From NCBI GenBank assembly GCA_963755915.1, contig CAVWLP010000002.1:1408001-1472000 (forward strand): a stretch of 64,000 bases of DNA, given 5' to 3'. Positions 31,157-40,707 of this stretch are shown in pieces. Under the pieces are notes generated by a model that was not told the DNA's origin, did no database searches, and saw only the letters and a program-made list of their open reading frames with translations. Position 1 is the first letter of the stretch. Each line of letters starts with the position of its first letter. The position numbers and the translations under genes were made by a program. The DNA comes from an uncultured Phycisphaerales bacterium. Lineage in GTDB: Bacteria > Planctomycetota > Phycisphaerae > Tepidisphaerales > Tepidisphaeraceae.

Positions 31157-31999
31157 TCACTGTGCCGACGGAAAACGGACCTGCACCCACAAACCCGACG
31201 GAGTATTGTTGGGATTGGACAATTCCAGCCGCACCGTCTGTTTGTCGCTGCCGGCATCAACCTCTGGATCAAGGAAGATCACTTTCGCATCGAGCCATGT
31301 ACCTTGTTCAGTTTGATACTCCACCTGTGCCGGATCGCCAATTTTCAGCTTCAGCGATTCCGATGATGGGACCTTTATCTCAACCCATAGCGGGTCGTTG
31401 GTCACGATCGTGAGCGCACCGTCCGGTTTATTGGGATCGACGACTTCCCCCTCCTGAATGCTAATCTGCTGTACGATTCCATCGACCGGGCTGAAAAGCT
31501 GCATCTTGTCGACGGTGCGTGCCTGCACGTCGACGTCCGCCAAGGACTTTTCCCGGTCCGCCAGCGACTTGCGGAGCAGCGCCTCCCGCTCCTCATAATC
31601 GAGCTTGGCTTCATCGACTTCCGATTGGCTTACCGCCTGCTCGGCGAACCCCTTTTCCTTGTTTTCGTATTCGATCTTCCGCGCATCCCGGTCGGCGGTC
31701 GCAGCCTCGACCGCCGCGGTGGAATTCGCCTGAATTTGCAGCGACCGCAGCTTCAGCGTCTCAAGGTCGGTATCTTCCTTCCCCAGAAGCTCGCCCTTCT
31801 TCACCACGTCGTCGGGCTTTACGAACCACTTGCGAACGATCCCGATCTCCATGAACGATGGCTTGGCCGTGTGCGATGGAATCGTCCGGGCGATCAGCAT
31901 CTCATCCGGCGGATTGGCGGCGTCCGCCCCCGCAAACGGCAGCAACCCGAACATCGCCAGCGCCAAAACGCTCCGCCCTAGCCATTTTCTGGAAATCAT
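31157..31999 (-). CDS. Efflux RND/HlyD-type periplasmic adaptor subunit
   Basis: Signal peptide; VKPDDVVKKGELL; LFSPVDGIV; IFLDPEVDAGSDKQTVRLELSNP. Confidence 0.85.
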   Translation of the reverse strand: MISRKWLGRSVLALAMFGLLPFAGADAANPPDEMLIARTIPSHTAKPSFMEIGIVRKWFVKPDDVVKKGELLGKEDTDLETLKLRSLQIQANSTAAVEAATADRDARKIEYENKEKGFAEQAVSQSEVDEAKLDYEEREALLRKSLADREKSLADVDVQARTVDKMQLFSPVDGIVQQISIQEGEVVDPNKPDGALTIVTNDPLWVEIKVPSSESLKLKIGDPAQVEYQTEQGTWLDAKVIFLDPEVDAGSDKQTVRLELSNPNNTPSGLWVQVRFPSAQ

Positions 32000-32280
32000 G
32001 GGGTTCCAACTTCCTTCTCGCGACTTCTAATATACAAATAGTCGCCCAATAACTGGTCCGACGCCCCTCGGAGGCGAACGCTTGAAAATACGCGCCCCAG
32101 CCGCCGATGTCCACAATAAACCACCGGCCGATCACACCTTTGAGCATCGGCAATACTGGGTTGTACGACGGAATATCGGGCCGGGTTGTGGCAAATTCCC
32201 CGCCACCGACGACTCATTTAACAGCCGATAGCCCGCGCAATCCCGGCAAACCGAACGATAACTTCTTTCCGAATAAATGA

Positions 32281-32661
32281 TTATCGATAGCCGAGCCGGG
32301 TAAGGTCGTCCTCCCCCAGCCCGAAATGGTGCCCGATCTCATGAAGAACCGTTACCCGGACCTGCCGCAGGAGCTGCTCCCGCGAGTTACAAACGGTCTG
32401 GATCGGTTCTTGAAAAATATAAATGACGTCCGGCATCGCCCCCGAATCCTCCACGCTCCGCATCGTGCGCGGCCGACCTACATAAAGCCCCAGCAGAAGC
32501 CCGCCCGGACCGACATGCGCGCCGCGAAGATGCGACTCATCCGGATTGTCCCGCACTTCAATCGGTACTTCCTCCAGAAATTGCGCAAACTCCTCCGGAA
32601 GTTCCGCGATCGCCTCTTCGACGAGTGCCCCGAATTGCGCTTTGCTCACGCGATATGCCAC
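32281..32661 (-). CDS. Zincin-like metallopeptidase (DUF1025-type)
   Basis: LLGLYVG, TVLHEIGHHFG. Confidence 0.9.
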   Translation of the reverse strand: MAYRVSKAQFGALVEEAIAELPEEFAQFLEEVPIEVRDNPDESHLRGAHVGPGGLLLGLYVGRPRTMRSVEDSGAMPDVIYIFQEPIQTVCNSREQLLRQVRVTVLHEIGHHFGLGEDDLTRLGYR

Positions 32662-32738
32662 CGCTAGAATCTCCAGCCGTTATCGTAGCGAATTTGATTC
32701 AGGACGGTATTCCACTCTCCCCCCATGGAGGATTTTAG

Positions 32739-33701
32739 ATGCGGCTGACGTTCGCCCTTTGCCTGATGTTGTGCCTGGCGGGCTGCGGCACGCCGAGTTT
32801 CCTGGTTACCCCGGTCACCGCCGACTACGGACTGGAAAAAATCGCCGTCGTTCCCGGCCCCAAAGCCGACAAGGTCGTCATCGTCCCCGTGGAAGGGACG
32901 CTCATGGATGAGCGAAGCGACGGCCTCATCTCCGAAGGGGAAAACCCCGTCAGCCTCTTCGTCCAGCAGATGGACGAGGCAGCCAATGACGATTCCGTCA
33001 AAGCCGTTGTCCTGCGTGTCAATTCCCCCGGCGGATCCGTCACTGCCTCCGACACGATGTACGACTACCTGGTCAAATTCCGCGAAAAAACCCATAAACC
33101 CGTCGTAGTCGAGGCGATGGAGCTCGACGCCAGCGGCGCCTATTACGTCTCCTGCGGCGCCGATCGCATCGTCGCCAGCCCCACCTCCATCGTCGGCAGC
33201 ATCGGCGTGATTTTCGAGGCGGTCAACCTCGCCGACACCCTCGACAAGCTCGGAATCGAGGTCAATTCCATCAAGAGCGCCCCGCTGAAAGACATGGCTT
33301 CCCCCTACAAGCACCTGACGCCAGAGGCCCGCGAAATCATGCAGGGAATGGTGGATGAATATTTCGCCCGCTTTCGCGATGTAGTTACCAAGAGCCGGGG
33401 CATCAAGGACCCGGCCACCATCGCCCTGGTCACTGATGGCCGCGTCTTCAGCGGCGACCGTGCTGTAACGCTGGGCCTGGCCGACCAGACCGGCCGCCTC
33501 GACGACGCAATCGCCCTGGCCCGCCAACTGGCCGGCGTGGGGGATGGAGAGGTGATGATGTACCGCCGGCCCTATGGATATACCGGCTCCATCTACGCCG
33601 ATTTCCCAGGGCCCACTCCCAAGGCCAGCAACGAGATGACGCTGAAACTTCCCATGACCGATTGGTTGCCCAGCGGGTTCTATTATCTGTGGCAGCCGTA
33701 A
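32739..33701 (+). CDS. sppA: Signal peptide peptidase SppA (S49), lipoprotein
   Basis: LAGC lipobox; LRVNSPGGS; ASGAYY; GSIGVI; DGRVFSG. Confidence 0.92.
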   Translation: MRLTFALCLMLCLAGCGTPSFLVTPVTADYGLEKIAVVPGPKADKVVIVPVEGTLMDERSDGLISEGENPVSLFVQQMDEAANDDSVKAVVLRVNSPGGSVTASDTMYDYLVKFREKTHKPVVVEAMELDASGAYYVSCGADRIVASPTSIVGSIGVIFEAVNLADTLDKLGIEVNSIKSAPLKDMASPYKHLTPEAREIMQGMVDEYFARFRDVVTKSRGIKDPATIALVTDGRVFSGDRAVTLGLADQTGRLDDAIALARQLAGVGDGEVMMYRRPYGYTGSIYADFPGPTPKASNEMTLKLPMTDWLPSGFYYLWQP

Positions 33702-33734
33702 TTTCGATCTCCCCCAGCCAGGGTCCAGCCGGAA

Positions 33735-34739
33735 ATGATTCAAATCACCTGCACAAGCTGCAAAAGGGTGCTGAGCATCGACGATGCCTTCGCCGGCGGT
33801 GTCTGCAGGTGCCAGCACTGCGGCACGATCCAGACCGTCCCCGCCAAAGGCTCCGCGCAAAAGGCCGCCAGCGGCGCCCTCAAGGGCTCCAAAACCCTGT
33901 TCGAGAACAAAGCCCGCAGCGCCGGCGTCGGCAGCGGAAGCGGATTGGAAGACCTCGCGGATGTCCTCCAAAGCAGCGGCCTTTCCAATTCCGATCTCCG
34001 CAAGTCCCCGCGCAAGCCTCCCGCGCCGCCTGCGAAAAATCTGACGCCGGTGCTGGGAATCGCCGTCGCCGTCATCCTGATTCTTCTCGTCGTGGTCCTC
34101 TTTTTAGTTTTCCGCGGTTCCTCCACTTCCGCCGCCAATTCCCCTCCGCCCGGCCAAAGCATCGTCGGAAATAATCCTCTGCCAAACGTCCAGAATCCCC
34201 CACCCGCCGCACCCGTTGCCGCCTCCTTCTGCGGGATACCGATCGATCAATCCGTCGTCGTCTACGTCATCGACAACGGCTCCAGCTCCGCCGATGTGCT
34301 GGATGAAATCAAATCGGCCCTATTTAAATCCATCGATTCGCTGGGCTCCGACCGGCAGTTCCAGATCGTTTTCTGGAACCCGGACAGTCCGGCCTATCCC
34401 AACGATCACGCGACGTTTGCGGTCAAGGACAACATTGACGCCGCCAAAAACAAATTGCAGGACGTCGGGGCCGAGGGAAGCACCGACGCGGTGGCGGCTC
34501 TGAGAGTCGCCTTCGCGAGCAATCCCGGCCAGATCTTTCTGGTAACCGCCAAGGCGGGAGACCTGGATGATTCCCTGGTGGTCGCGGCTTCGCAGCTTCG
34601 GGGATCATCCAAGGCGAAGATCGACTGCATCGCGATCAATGGCAATGTCGGGGACAAGGTGCTGGCGAATGTGGCATCCGACAGCGGCGGGGTCTTCCTT
34701 CCCTTGCAGGAAGGGCAGCTTAAGGGGTTTGCGTTTTGA
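33735..34739 (+). CDS. Zn-ribbon / TM / vWA-like membrane protein
   Basis: CTSC..CQHC, TM helix, VVYVIDNGSS and GSTD..AL vWA-like motifs. Confidence 0.75.
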   Translation: MIQITCTSCKRVLSIDDAFAGGVCRCQHCGTIQTVPAKGSAQKAASGALKGSKTLFENKARSAGVGSGSGLEDLADVLQSSGLSNSDLRKSPRKPPAPPAKNLTPVLGIAVAVILILLVVVLFLVFRGSSTSAANSPPPGQSIVGNNPLPNVQNPPPAAPVAASFCGIPIDQSVVVYVIDNGSSSADVLDEIKSALFKSIDSLGSDRQFQIVFWNPDSPAYPNDHATFAVKDNIDAAKNKLQDVGAEGSTDAVAALRVAFASNPGQIFLVTAKAGDLDDSLVVAASQLRGSSKAKIDCIAINGNVGDKVLANVASDSGGVFLPLQEGQLKGFAF

Positions 34740-34774
34740 ATCTTTGCGGGTCTGACAGAATCGGGCGCTTTTCG

Positions 34775-36296
34775 CAATAGTGTCCGGAACGCGGGCTCAC
34801 CAATGACACAATCTTGCGCTTGCGCGAAGCAGCGTTTTGTGGTTCACTGCCGCCACGTGCACGCGGACCTTTGCCCAGCTTCTGGATTGCCCGCCAAGCC
34901 GGGACGAAAGCCGCGGCCGGCGGTGCGGGGGGAGGATTTGTTCGGCGGCAAGTACGTCGGTATTTTGCAGGATCATCTGGCCCGCCTGCGGGCGGCGCAT
35001 CCCCACCCCAATCGCACGCTTTTTTATGACGATGTGACCCTTGCCTATCTGCTGGCGTTTTTCACGCCGGCGATTCGCAGCCTGCGGACGATGGAGGATT
35101 TCAGCCAGACCGAGCAGATGCAGGAGCAGCTTTCGGTCGATCGCCTGCCGCGTTCCACGCTTTCCGATGCCAACGCCCTGTTCGATCCGACGCTGCTGGA
35201 GCCGATCATCGAGGAGTTGCGGGCGCGGCTGCCGCACCTGCGTCACGGCGATCCGAAGCTGGCGGAGTTGACCGAGCGGGTACGGGTGGTGGATGGGTCG
35301 CTGTTCACCGTTGCCGCCGACGTGGCCTGGGCGCTGCATCAAAGTCGACCCAACGGAAAGCCCATGGACACGATTCGCCTGAATCTTCAATGGGCGGCGG
35401 GCGTGGGGGTTCCCGAGGGAGTGACGATCAGCGGCGCGGGATGCTCCGAGGCGCAGGCGCTGATGCAGTCCCTGGAGCCGGGACAGATTTACGTCATGGA
35501 CCGCGGCTACGTCTGTTTCGAGCTGCTGGAGCGGATCGTACATGCCTGCAGCGATTTTGTGCTCCGGCTCAAGTCAAACAACTATTTCATTCCCATCGAA
35601 AACAATGACTTGACCCCCAAGTCCCTGCCGCTGAGCGATGAAGACCGCGCTGCCGGCATTCTCAGCGACCGGATCGGATACCTGGGCTCAGAAGGGCCAC
35701 GCTTTGCTCCTCCGGCGGGAAAATGGCTTCGGGAAGTGACGATCTTCGACCCGGACAAACCCGACAGGCCCCTGCGGCTGCTGACCAATCTTCTTAACAT
35801 TCCCGCCCATGTCATCGGTCTGCTCTACCGCTGGCGATAGAAGATCGAGCTGTTTTTCCGCTGGCTGAAAGTGCACGCCCACTTCCGCCATCTCACCAGC
35901 CACAGCAAAAACGGCGTCACCACCGGGTTCTACATCGCGGTCATCGGGGTGCTGTTGATCTATCTGCACACGCAGCGTCCGGTGAGCAAATATGCCTACG
36001 CGATGCTGAGCCTGGTCGCCGCGGGAGGGGCCACGTTGCAAGAGATTATTCCCATCCTGCAGCGCGAGAACGGGAATGCGAGCTGCAGCGTCAGCGTGTG
36101 GCACGGAAGAAGGCTGAAAAAATCGTCAAGTAAGTCACCGGGGGTTTTTGTTGTCCGGCCGCCGGTGAACGCCGCGGCATGCGCTGCAGGAGCAGCGCTG
36201 AACCTTCCACGCCGTTGCCCATCGAGGCAACGCAGCCTTTCGAGTGAAAACCCGAAAAATCCCAGCTCTAAGACGCGGAAGTCCCGGACAATATTG
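34775..36296 (+). mobile_element. IS4-family insertion sequence, copy 1
   Basis: IRs CAATAGTGTCCGGAAC / GTCCCGGACAATATTG (14/16); 9-bp direct repeat CGCTTTTCG at 34766-34774 and 36297-36305. Confidence 0.93.
34887..36133 (+). pseudogene. IS4-family DDE transposase with in-frame TAG (35838-35840) and a late 1-bp deletion relative to copy 2
   Basis: VVDGS, YVMDRGY, Y-R-W-R-*-K-I-E-L-F-F-R-W-L-K; start codon uncertain. Confidence 0.85.
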
Positions 36297-36507
36297 CGCT
36301 TTTCGGAGTTTTGTTAGTGAGTGATAATATTCTGGCTGGATGTAAGGGGTTTGGGGGCTTGGGGTTAGAGGCGGGATAGGGGCTTGGGATTCAAAAACAG
36401 CCGAAAAAGCGCCCGATTTTATCGATTCTTGTTGGGCCGCGGAGGGGTGGCGGGGTACTGGTTGTATTTCAGAGTGACCGCTTGTTTTCCGCTTCTGACG
36501 CGGACAC

Positions 36508-37365
36508 TTGCGCTGGTTAAGCGTTAGTTTGATCTACGTCAGGGGTAAATACTCGCCACCTGTTCTGCGCGTCTGTATAGTTTGCGGTATGGCCAACTTT
36601 GCGACCCGGGCGACGAATGCAGTTTCTATTCCAGTGGGCCTGCCGAGCACGCCCGCAATAGCTGCTGCCGAAACGGGGAGCGGGAAACTCAGCGAGAAAA
36701 GTCTGGAGCTTACCTTTTGTTCGCAGTTTTCTGCCGAGGTTGCATTTCGTCACTTCGTGCCGTGGCCGAACAGGATCGTGTGGTTTGGACTCACGCAACT
36801 TCAGGAAAGCCAACTTGGTTTTGATGCGGTTACAAGTCTCGGCGGCTTCGCGATCATCTTCCAATTTAAGGCTTCGCAGGCTTTGACGCGGAGGCGCGGA
36901 CGACGCTTCAGGGTCGAGCATGGCCAGATGCAAACCTTGCAAGCCGCGTTTGGCCAACACCCTCACAGTTGTTTTTATGTGTTTCCAGACGTTGGGAGTA
37001 TAGATGAACTTGTGCAAGCCGGTTCAGATGTCATCGGGCACTCTTGGCTGGTGGACGTGGCAGATCTTCCCGATCCATTGCCGGCTCCGCTCAAGAGGCA
37101 TAGCACGGCGCCTCGCAAGGATAATTGTCATTTCGCGTATTTGGGAAACCCCCCGGGCAACGGTGTCGAATTTCACTCTGAACCATTTGGGGTGAATGCG
37201 AAAAAGGCGAAGGAAATCGCCAGAAGGATTGAGTTTCCCGAACGGCTTACGCGAACTGAGGATTTAATTCCTATCCTGAAGTCGTTGAATGAGCGGTTTT
37301 TGAAAAAGAGCAGGCGATTCTTTCGAAACACCGTCTTGGCAGTGCTTCCGGGACATTTCCTCTAG
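36508..37365 (+). CDS. Hypothetical protein, possible PD-(D/E)xK nuclease-like fold (start may be 36589)
   Basis: Long ORF of lower GC; SEKSLE...E..LGFD...IFQFKA pattern. Confidence 0.55.
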   Translation: MRWLSVSLIYVRGKYSPPVLRVCIVCGMANFATRATNAVSIPVGLPSTPAIAAAETGSGKLSEKSLELTFCSQFSAEVAFRHFVPWPNRIVWFGLTQLQESQLGFDAVTSLGGFAIIFQFKASQALTRRRGRRFRVEHGQMQTLQAAFGQHPHSCFYVFPDVGSIDELVQAGSDVIGHSWLVDVADLPDPLPAPLKRHSTAPRKDNCHFAYLGNPPGNGVEFHSEPFGVNAKKAKEIARRIEFPERLTRTEDLIPILKSLNERFLKKSRRFFRNTVLAVLPGHFL

Positions 37366-37374
37366 GCTGAACGT

Positions 37375-37404
37375 GACACGACCCTTAATGTTAAGGGTCG
37401 TGTC
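37375..37404. terminator. Perfect hairpin after the ORF
   Basis: GACACGACCCTTAA-TG-TTAAGGGTCGTGTC. Confidence 0.6.
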
Positions 37405-37585
37405 CCCTTCATTTGGGAAAACGATGGACTCACTTCCCATTCCGACCATTCCCGAAAACGCCAAACTTCGAAATGTCAATCAATAACCACAATAATCTTC
37501 TAGTTAGCAAACACTAATGTAAATCTTCAAAACCGTCTCATTTTGTCTCATTCGTCCCACAGCCCGGAATCGATCGGGAGGAGGG

Positions 37586-37741
37586 GCGCTGCGCGAGAAA
37601 GTTGAGCAATAGAAAGTAGAACAGTAGAGAAAAGACGGCCCTCACCCCGCGCTTCGCGAGAGAGTTGAGCATTAGAAAGTAGAGCAGTAGAGAGGAAGAC
37701 GCCCTCACCCCATCCCTCTCCCGGCGTACCGGGCGAGGGGG
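37586..37741. repeat. 63-bp imperfect tandem duplication ending in a REP-like palindrome
   Basis: Units 37586-37648 and 37649-37711 (GCGCT.CGCGAGA.AGTTGAGCA.TAGAAAGTAGA.CAGTAGAGA..GCCCTCACCCC). Confidence 0.8.
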
Positions 37742-37788
37742 TAAGAGGGGGGGTTAAGAGGGGTGATGCGATTGCGCTGGTAAACTCG

Positions 37789-38547
37789 TTGGATGAGTGG
37801 CGGTTTAGAACAAGGACTGTGATGAAGGTTGCGGAGCGCATGCGTTTCTATTGGGTTGGCGTAATCGTGCTTGGCCTTGTCGTTGACGCGAGCGCTTTCG
37901 GCGCGGGGGCGGCGGCGACGCAGCCGGCATCGACGGGCTCGGTTGTCCGGATCCGCGTCGATACGTCGCAGGCTCCCGATCTGGATCCGTGGGCCCGGCA
38001 AACGCTGGTTCCGGTGCTTCAAACCTGGTACCCGAAGATCGTTGCCGAGCTTCCGGTGCCGCATTACACGCCGCCGGATCATTTCGCGATTCTCTTTGAC
38101 GCCAAATACAAAGGGGTTGCGCAAACCGAGGGGACGTTCATCGTGGCTAATCCGGACTGGTTTCGATCCCAGCTTCACCGCGAAGCGGTGGGGGCGTTCG
38201 TGCATGAGGAAGTGCACGTCGTGCAGCAGCCGTTCCATGTTTTCCATGGGCGGCATATGCCAACCTGGCTGCTGGAGGGTAGCGCGGACTATATTCGATG
38301 GTTTGAGTTTGAGCCGGCGAAATTGCGGCCGCATCCTACCGGAGATGAGGCGCAGTATGATGCGAGCTACCGCGTTTCGGCGGCCTTCCTTCAATGGGTT
38401 ATTAACAATTACGACAAGGACATCGTTGCCCAAATGAACGTGGCCAATTACCAGGGGGTCTATTCGGATGAATTGTGGGTGAAATACACCGGCAAAACCG
38501 CTGCCCAGCTCGGCGCCCAGTGGAAGGCTCAGTTGGCCAGGCAATAG
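37789..38547 (+). CDS. BSP (basic secretory protein) family peptidase
   Basis: Signal peptide; VHEEVHVVQ; WLLEGSADYIRW; YRVSAAFLQW; start likely later (37840). Confidence 0.88.
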   Translation: MDEWRFRTRTVMKVAERMRFYWVGVIVLGLVVDASAFGAGAAATQPASTGSVVRIRVDTSQAPDLDPWARQTLVPVLQTWYPKIVAELPVPHYTPPDHFAILFDAKYKGVAQTEGTFIVANPDWFRSQLHREAVGAFVHEEVHVVQQPFHVFHGRHMPTWLLEGSADYIRWFEFEPAKLRPHPTGDEAQYDASYRVSAAFLQWVINNYDKDIVAQMNVANYQGVYSDELWVKYTGKTAAQLGAQWKAQLARQ

Positions 38548-38715
38548 ACCGGGGCAATAAACCGAGGGAATGAACCGGGCGAACAAACCCGATAGGGCGA
38601 CCAGGCGGCCGCTAACGTCCACATTCAAATTTTCAAAAAAATACGCAACGGATTCGCAAGCATCTGCCGATGAATTTGCAGAAGCGCTCACTGGGTTTTT
38701 ATCGGACGGTTGCCG

Positions 38716-39312
38716 ATGCGATCAAACCGCAAAATTGTTGTGCTGACGAGTCTTATGGCCATGCTCTCACTGGCCAGCGCTTTGCTGCTCTTTCTGGCTC
38801 CGCCGCCCCTCTCGGCCGAGGGGTTCAGCAGCCTTTCCGCCTCCGATCACGGCCCCTTCCTTGACGAAATCTTCAAAACCTCGATTCCCGCCCGCGCCCA
38901 GCGCTGGAACTATATCTTCATCCACCATTCCGGCACCTCCGGCGGCGACGCCCAGAGCCTCATCCGCCCAACCACCGGATTGTGCGATCATTTCGTCATC
39001 GGCAACGGTGACGGCTGCCAGGATGGGCAGATCGAGATGGGCCCCCGCTGGAACAAGCAGCAGGCTGCCGCCCCCTCCCCAGGCGTCGATTCCATCCAGC
39101 CCGATTGCATCAGCATCTGCCTGATCGGCGACTTTGACCACGCCATGCCCACCCCGACTCAAATCCGCCGCCTGTCCCAGCTCGTGACCACACTCCAGAC
39201 CCAGTTCCGCATCAGCGCCGACAAGATCATCATGCTCAACGACACCGCCTCCCCCTCCAGCGTCGGCCGGTATTTCCCGGTGACGGCCTTCAGGGACCAA
39301 TTGCTCCCTTAA
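38716..39312 (+). CDS. Amidase_2/PGRP-like peptidoglycan-recognition protein
   Basis: WNYIFIHHS, DHFVIGNG, ISICLIGDFD, PTPTQ. Confidence 0.8.
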   Translation: MRSNRKIVVLTSLMAMLSLASALLLFLAPPPLSAEGFSSLSASDHGPFLDEIFKTSIPARAQRWNYIFIHHSGTSGGDAQSLIRPTTGLCDHFVIGNGDGCQDGQIEMGPRWNKQQAAAPSPGVDSIQPDCISICLIGDFDHAMPTPTQIRRLSQLVTTLQTQFRISADKIIMLNDTASPSSVGRYFPVTAFRDQLLP

Positions 39313-39622
39313 TGCCGATCGGCGGGTGCCAATTGCCCAATTCGAACACTATCACAATCGAGAGCTAACTAGTTTCCCCGTAAGCAATTCGGCATTTGGC
39401 ATTCGGCAATCGGCATTGCCCTCCCGCCCCATTATTCTTCTTGCTATTTATTCTGCCATTGCTTAGCCTACGATTAAGTTAATAATCAAAGCGGGTAACG
39501 TCTCGCTCCAAGGCGGTTGCTTTCATAATCCCTTGTTATCCCCAACCTTGGACTGTCTGCCGCGGCTGCACTCCCTCCTTCAGGCGCGGAAAATGACGTT
39601 ATTCGGGATGGAACTGTAGTAC

Positions 39623-40490
39623 ATGGGTCAAAAGCTCCTCCAGTATGAGGTGTTGGAGCGCTTGGGCGAAGGTGCGCGGAGCGTAATCTACGCTGTCAGC
39701 GATCCCCGGACGCGGCAGGTTTACGCGCTGAAGCACGTCTGTGCGCCGAGAAAAAGGACGCCCGTTTCATCGAGCAGGTGGAAACCGAATACGAGGTTTC
39801 CCACCAATTTACCCACCCCAACCTCCGCAAAAGCTACGAACTTAAGATCGTCCGCAACATCCTGATGCAGGCCAAGGAGGCCTTCCTGGTGATGGAGCTG
39901 GTGGATGGCCGGCCGCTCGATGTTCGCCCCCGCGCGACATGGTGGAAGTCGTCGACACGTTCATCCGCGCCGCCCAGGGCCTCAAGGCCATGCACGCCCT
40001 CGGCTACGCCCACTGCGACATCAAGCCAAACAACATTCTCCGTGCCGAGTCCGGAATGGTGAAGGTGATTGACTTCGGTCAGGCATGCAAAATCGGCACG
40101 GTGAAAGAGCGCATCCAGGGCACCCCCGACTACATCGCCCCCGAGCAGGTCGCCCGCCGGCCGATCAGCGTCCAGACCGACGTCTTTAACCTCGGGGCAA
40201 CCATCTACTGGACCGTCACCGGCACCAACATCCCCACCCTCTACACCGTCAACAAAAAAGGGGACAACAGCTTTTTGCTGGACCAGACGATTCAGACACC
40301 GGCGGAATTGAATCCCAATGTGCCGGCGGGGTTGTCGAACCTGGTGATGGAATGCGTCTCGACGCGGCCCGCGAAGAGGCCCGCGGACATGGATCAGATC
40401 ACCATGCGTCTGGAGCTCATCAAGCATATCCTGACGGCCAAGCCCACGACGCCAAGCTCGGATGATTCGACCCTTGGGCAGACCGCATAG
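39623..40490 (+). CDS. Ser/Thr protein kinase (two frameshifts)
   Basis: LGEGARS, YALKHV, HPNLRK, LVMELVDG, HCDIKPNN, IDFG, GTPDYIAPE across three frames. Confidence 0.9.
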
Positions 40491-40677
40491 AGCATTTTCA
40501 TTTCAGTCGTAGCGTCTGCGTTGCTTTGGGCGAGGTCGGCCGCAAGGAAGAGCGACGAAGCGGGTTTGAATAGACCCGTTGAGGAGCGATGACGCCGCGG
40601 ACAACCTCGCCCAAAGCAACCCCGAAGGGGTCGCCGAAGGCGACGCGGACGCTACGAATGAAATGAAACTGCTCTAG
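40488..40677. mobile_element. About 190-bp MITE-like palindromic element
   Basis: Terminal IRs TAGAGCATTTTCATTTCAGTCGTAGCGTCTGCGT / ACGCGGACGCTACGAATGAAATGAAACTGCTCTA with nested inner stems; TA(G) at both ends. Confidence 0.75.
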
Positions 40678-40707
40678 ACTCGGGCATTTCAGAACGGGCT
40701 AAAAAGA

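Noticed and set aside
35838-35840. Genome-wide TAG reassignment
   Set aside because: TAG ends many normal genes here and no other conserved gene shows an internal TAG
39385-39420. ATTCGGC/ATTTGGC heptamer runs (also 57282-57312)
   Set aside because: Short low-complexity intergenic repeats with no supportable function
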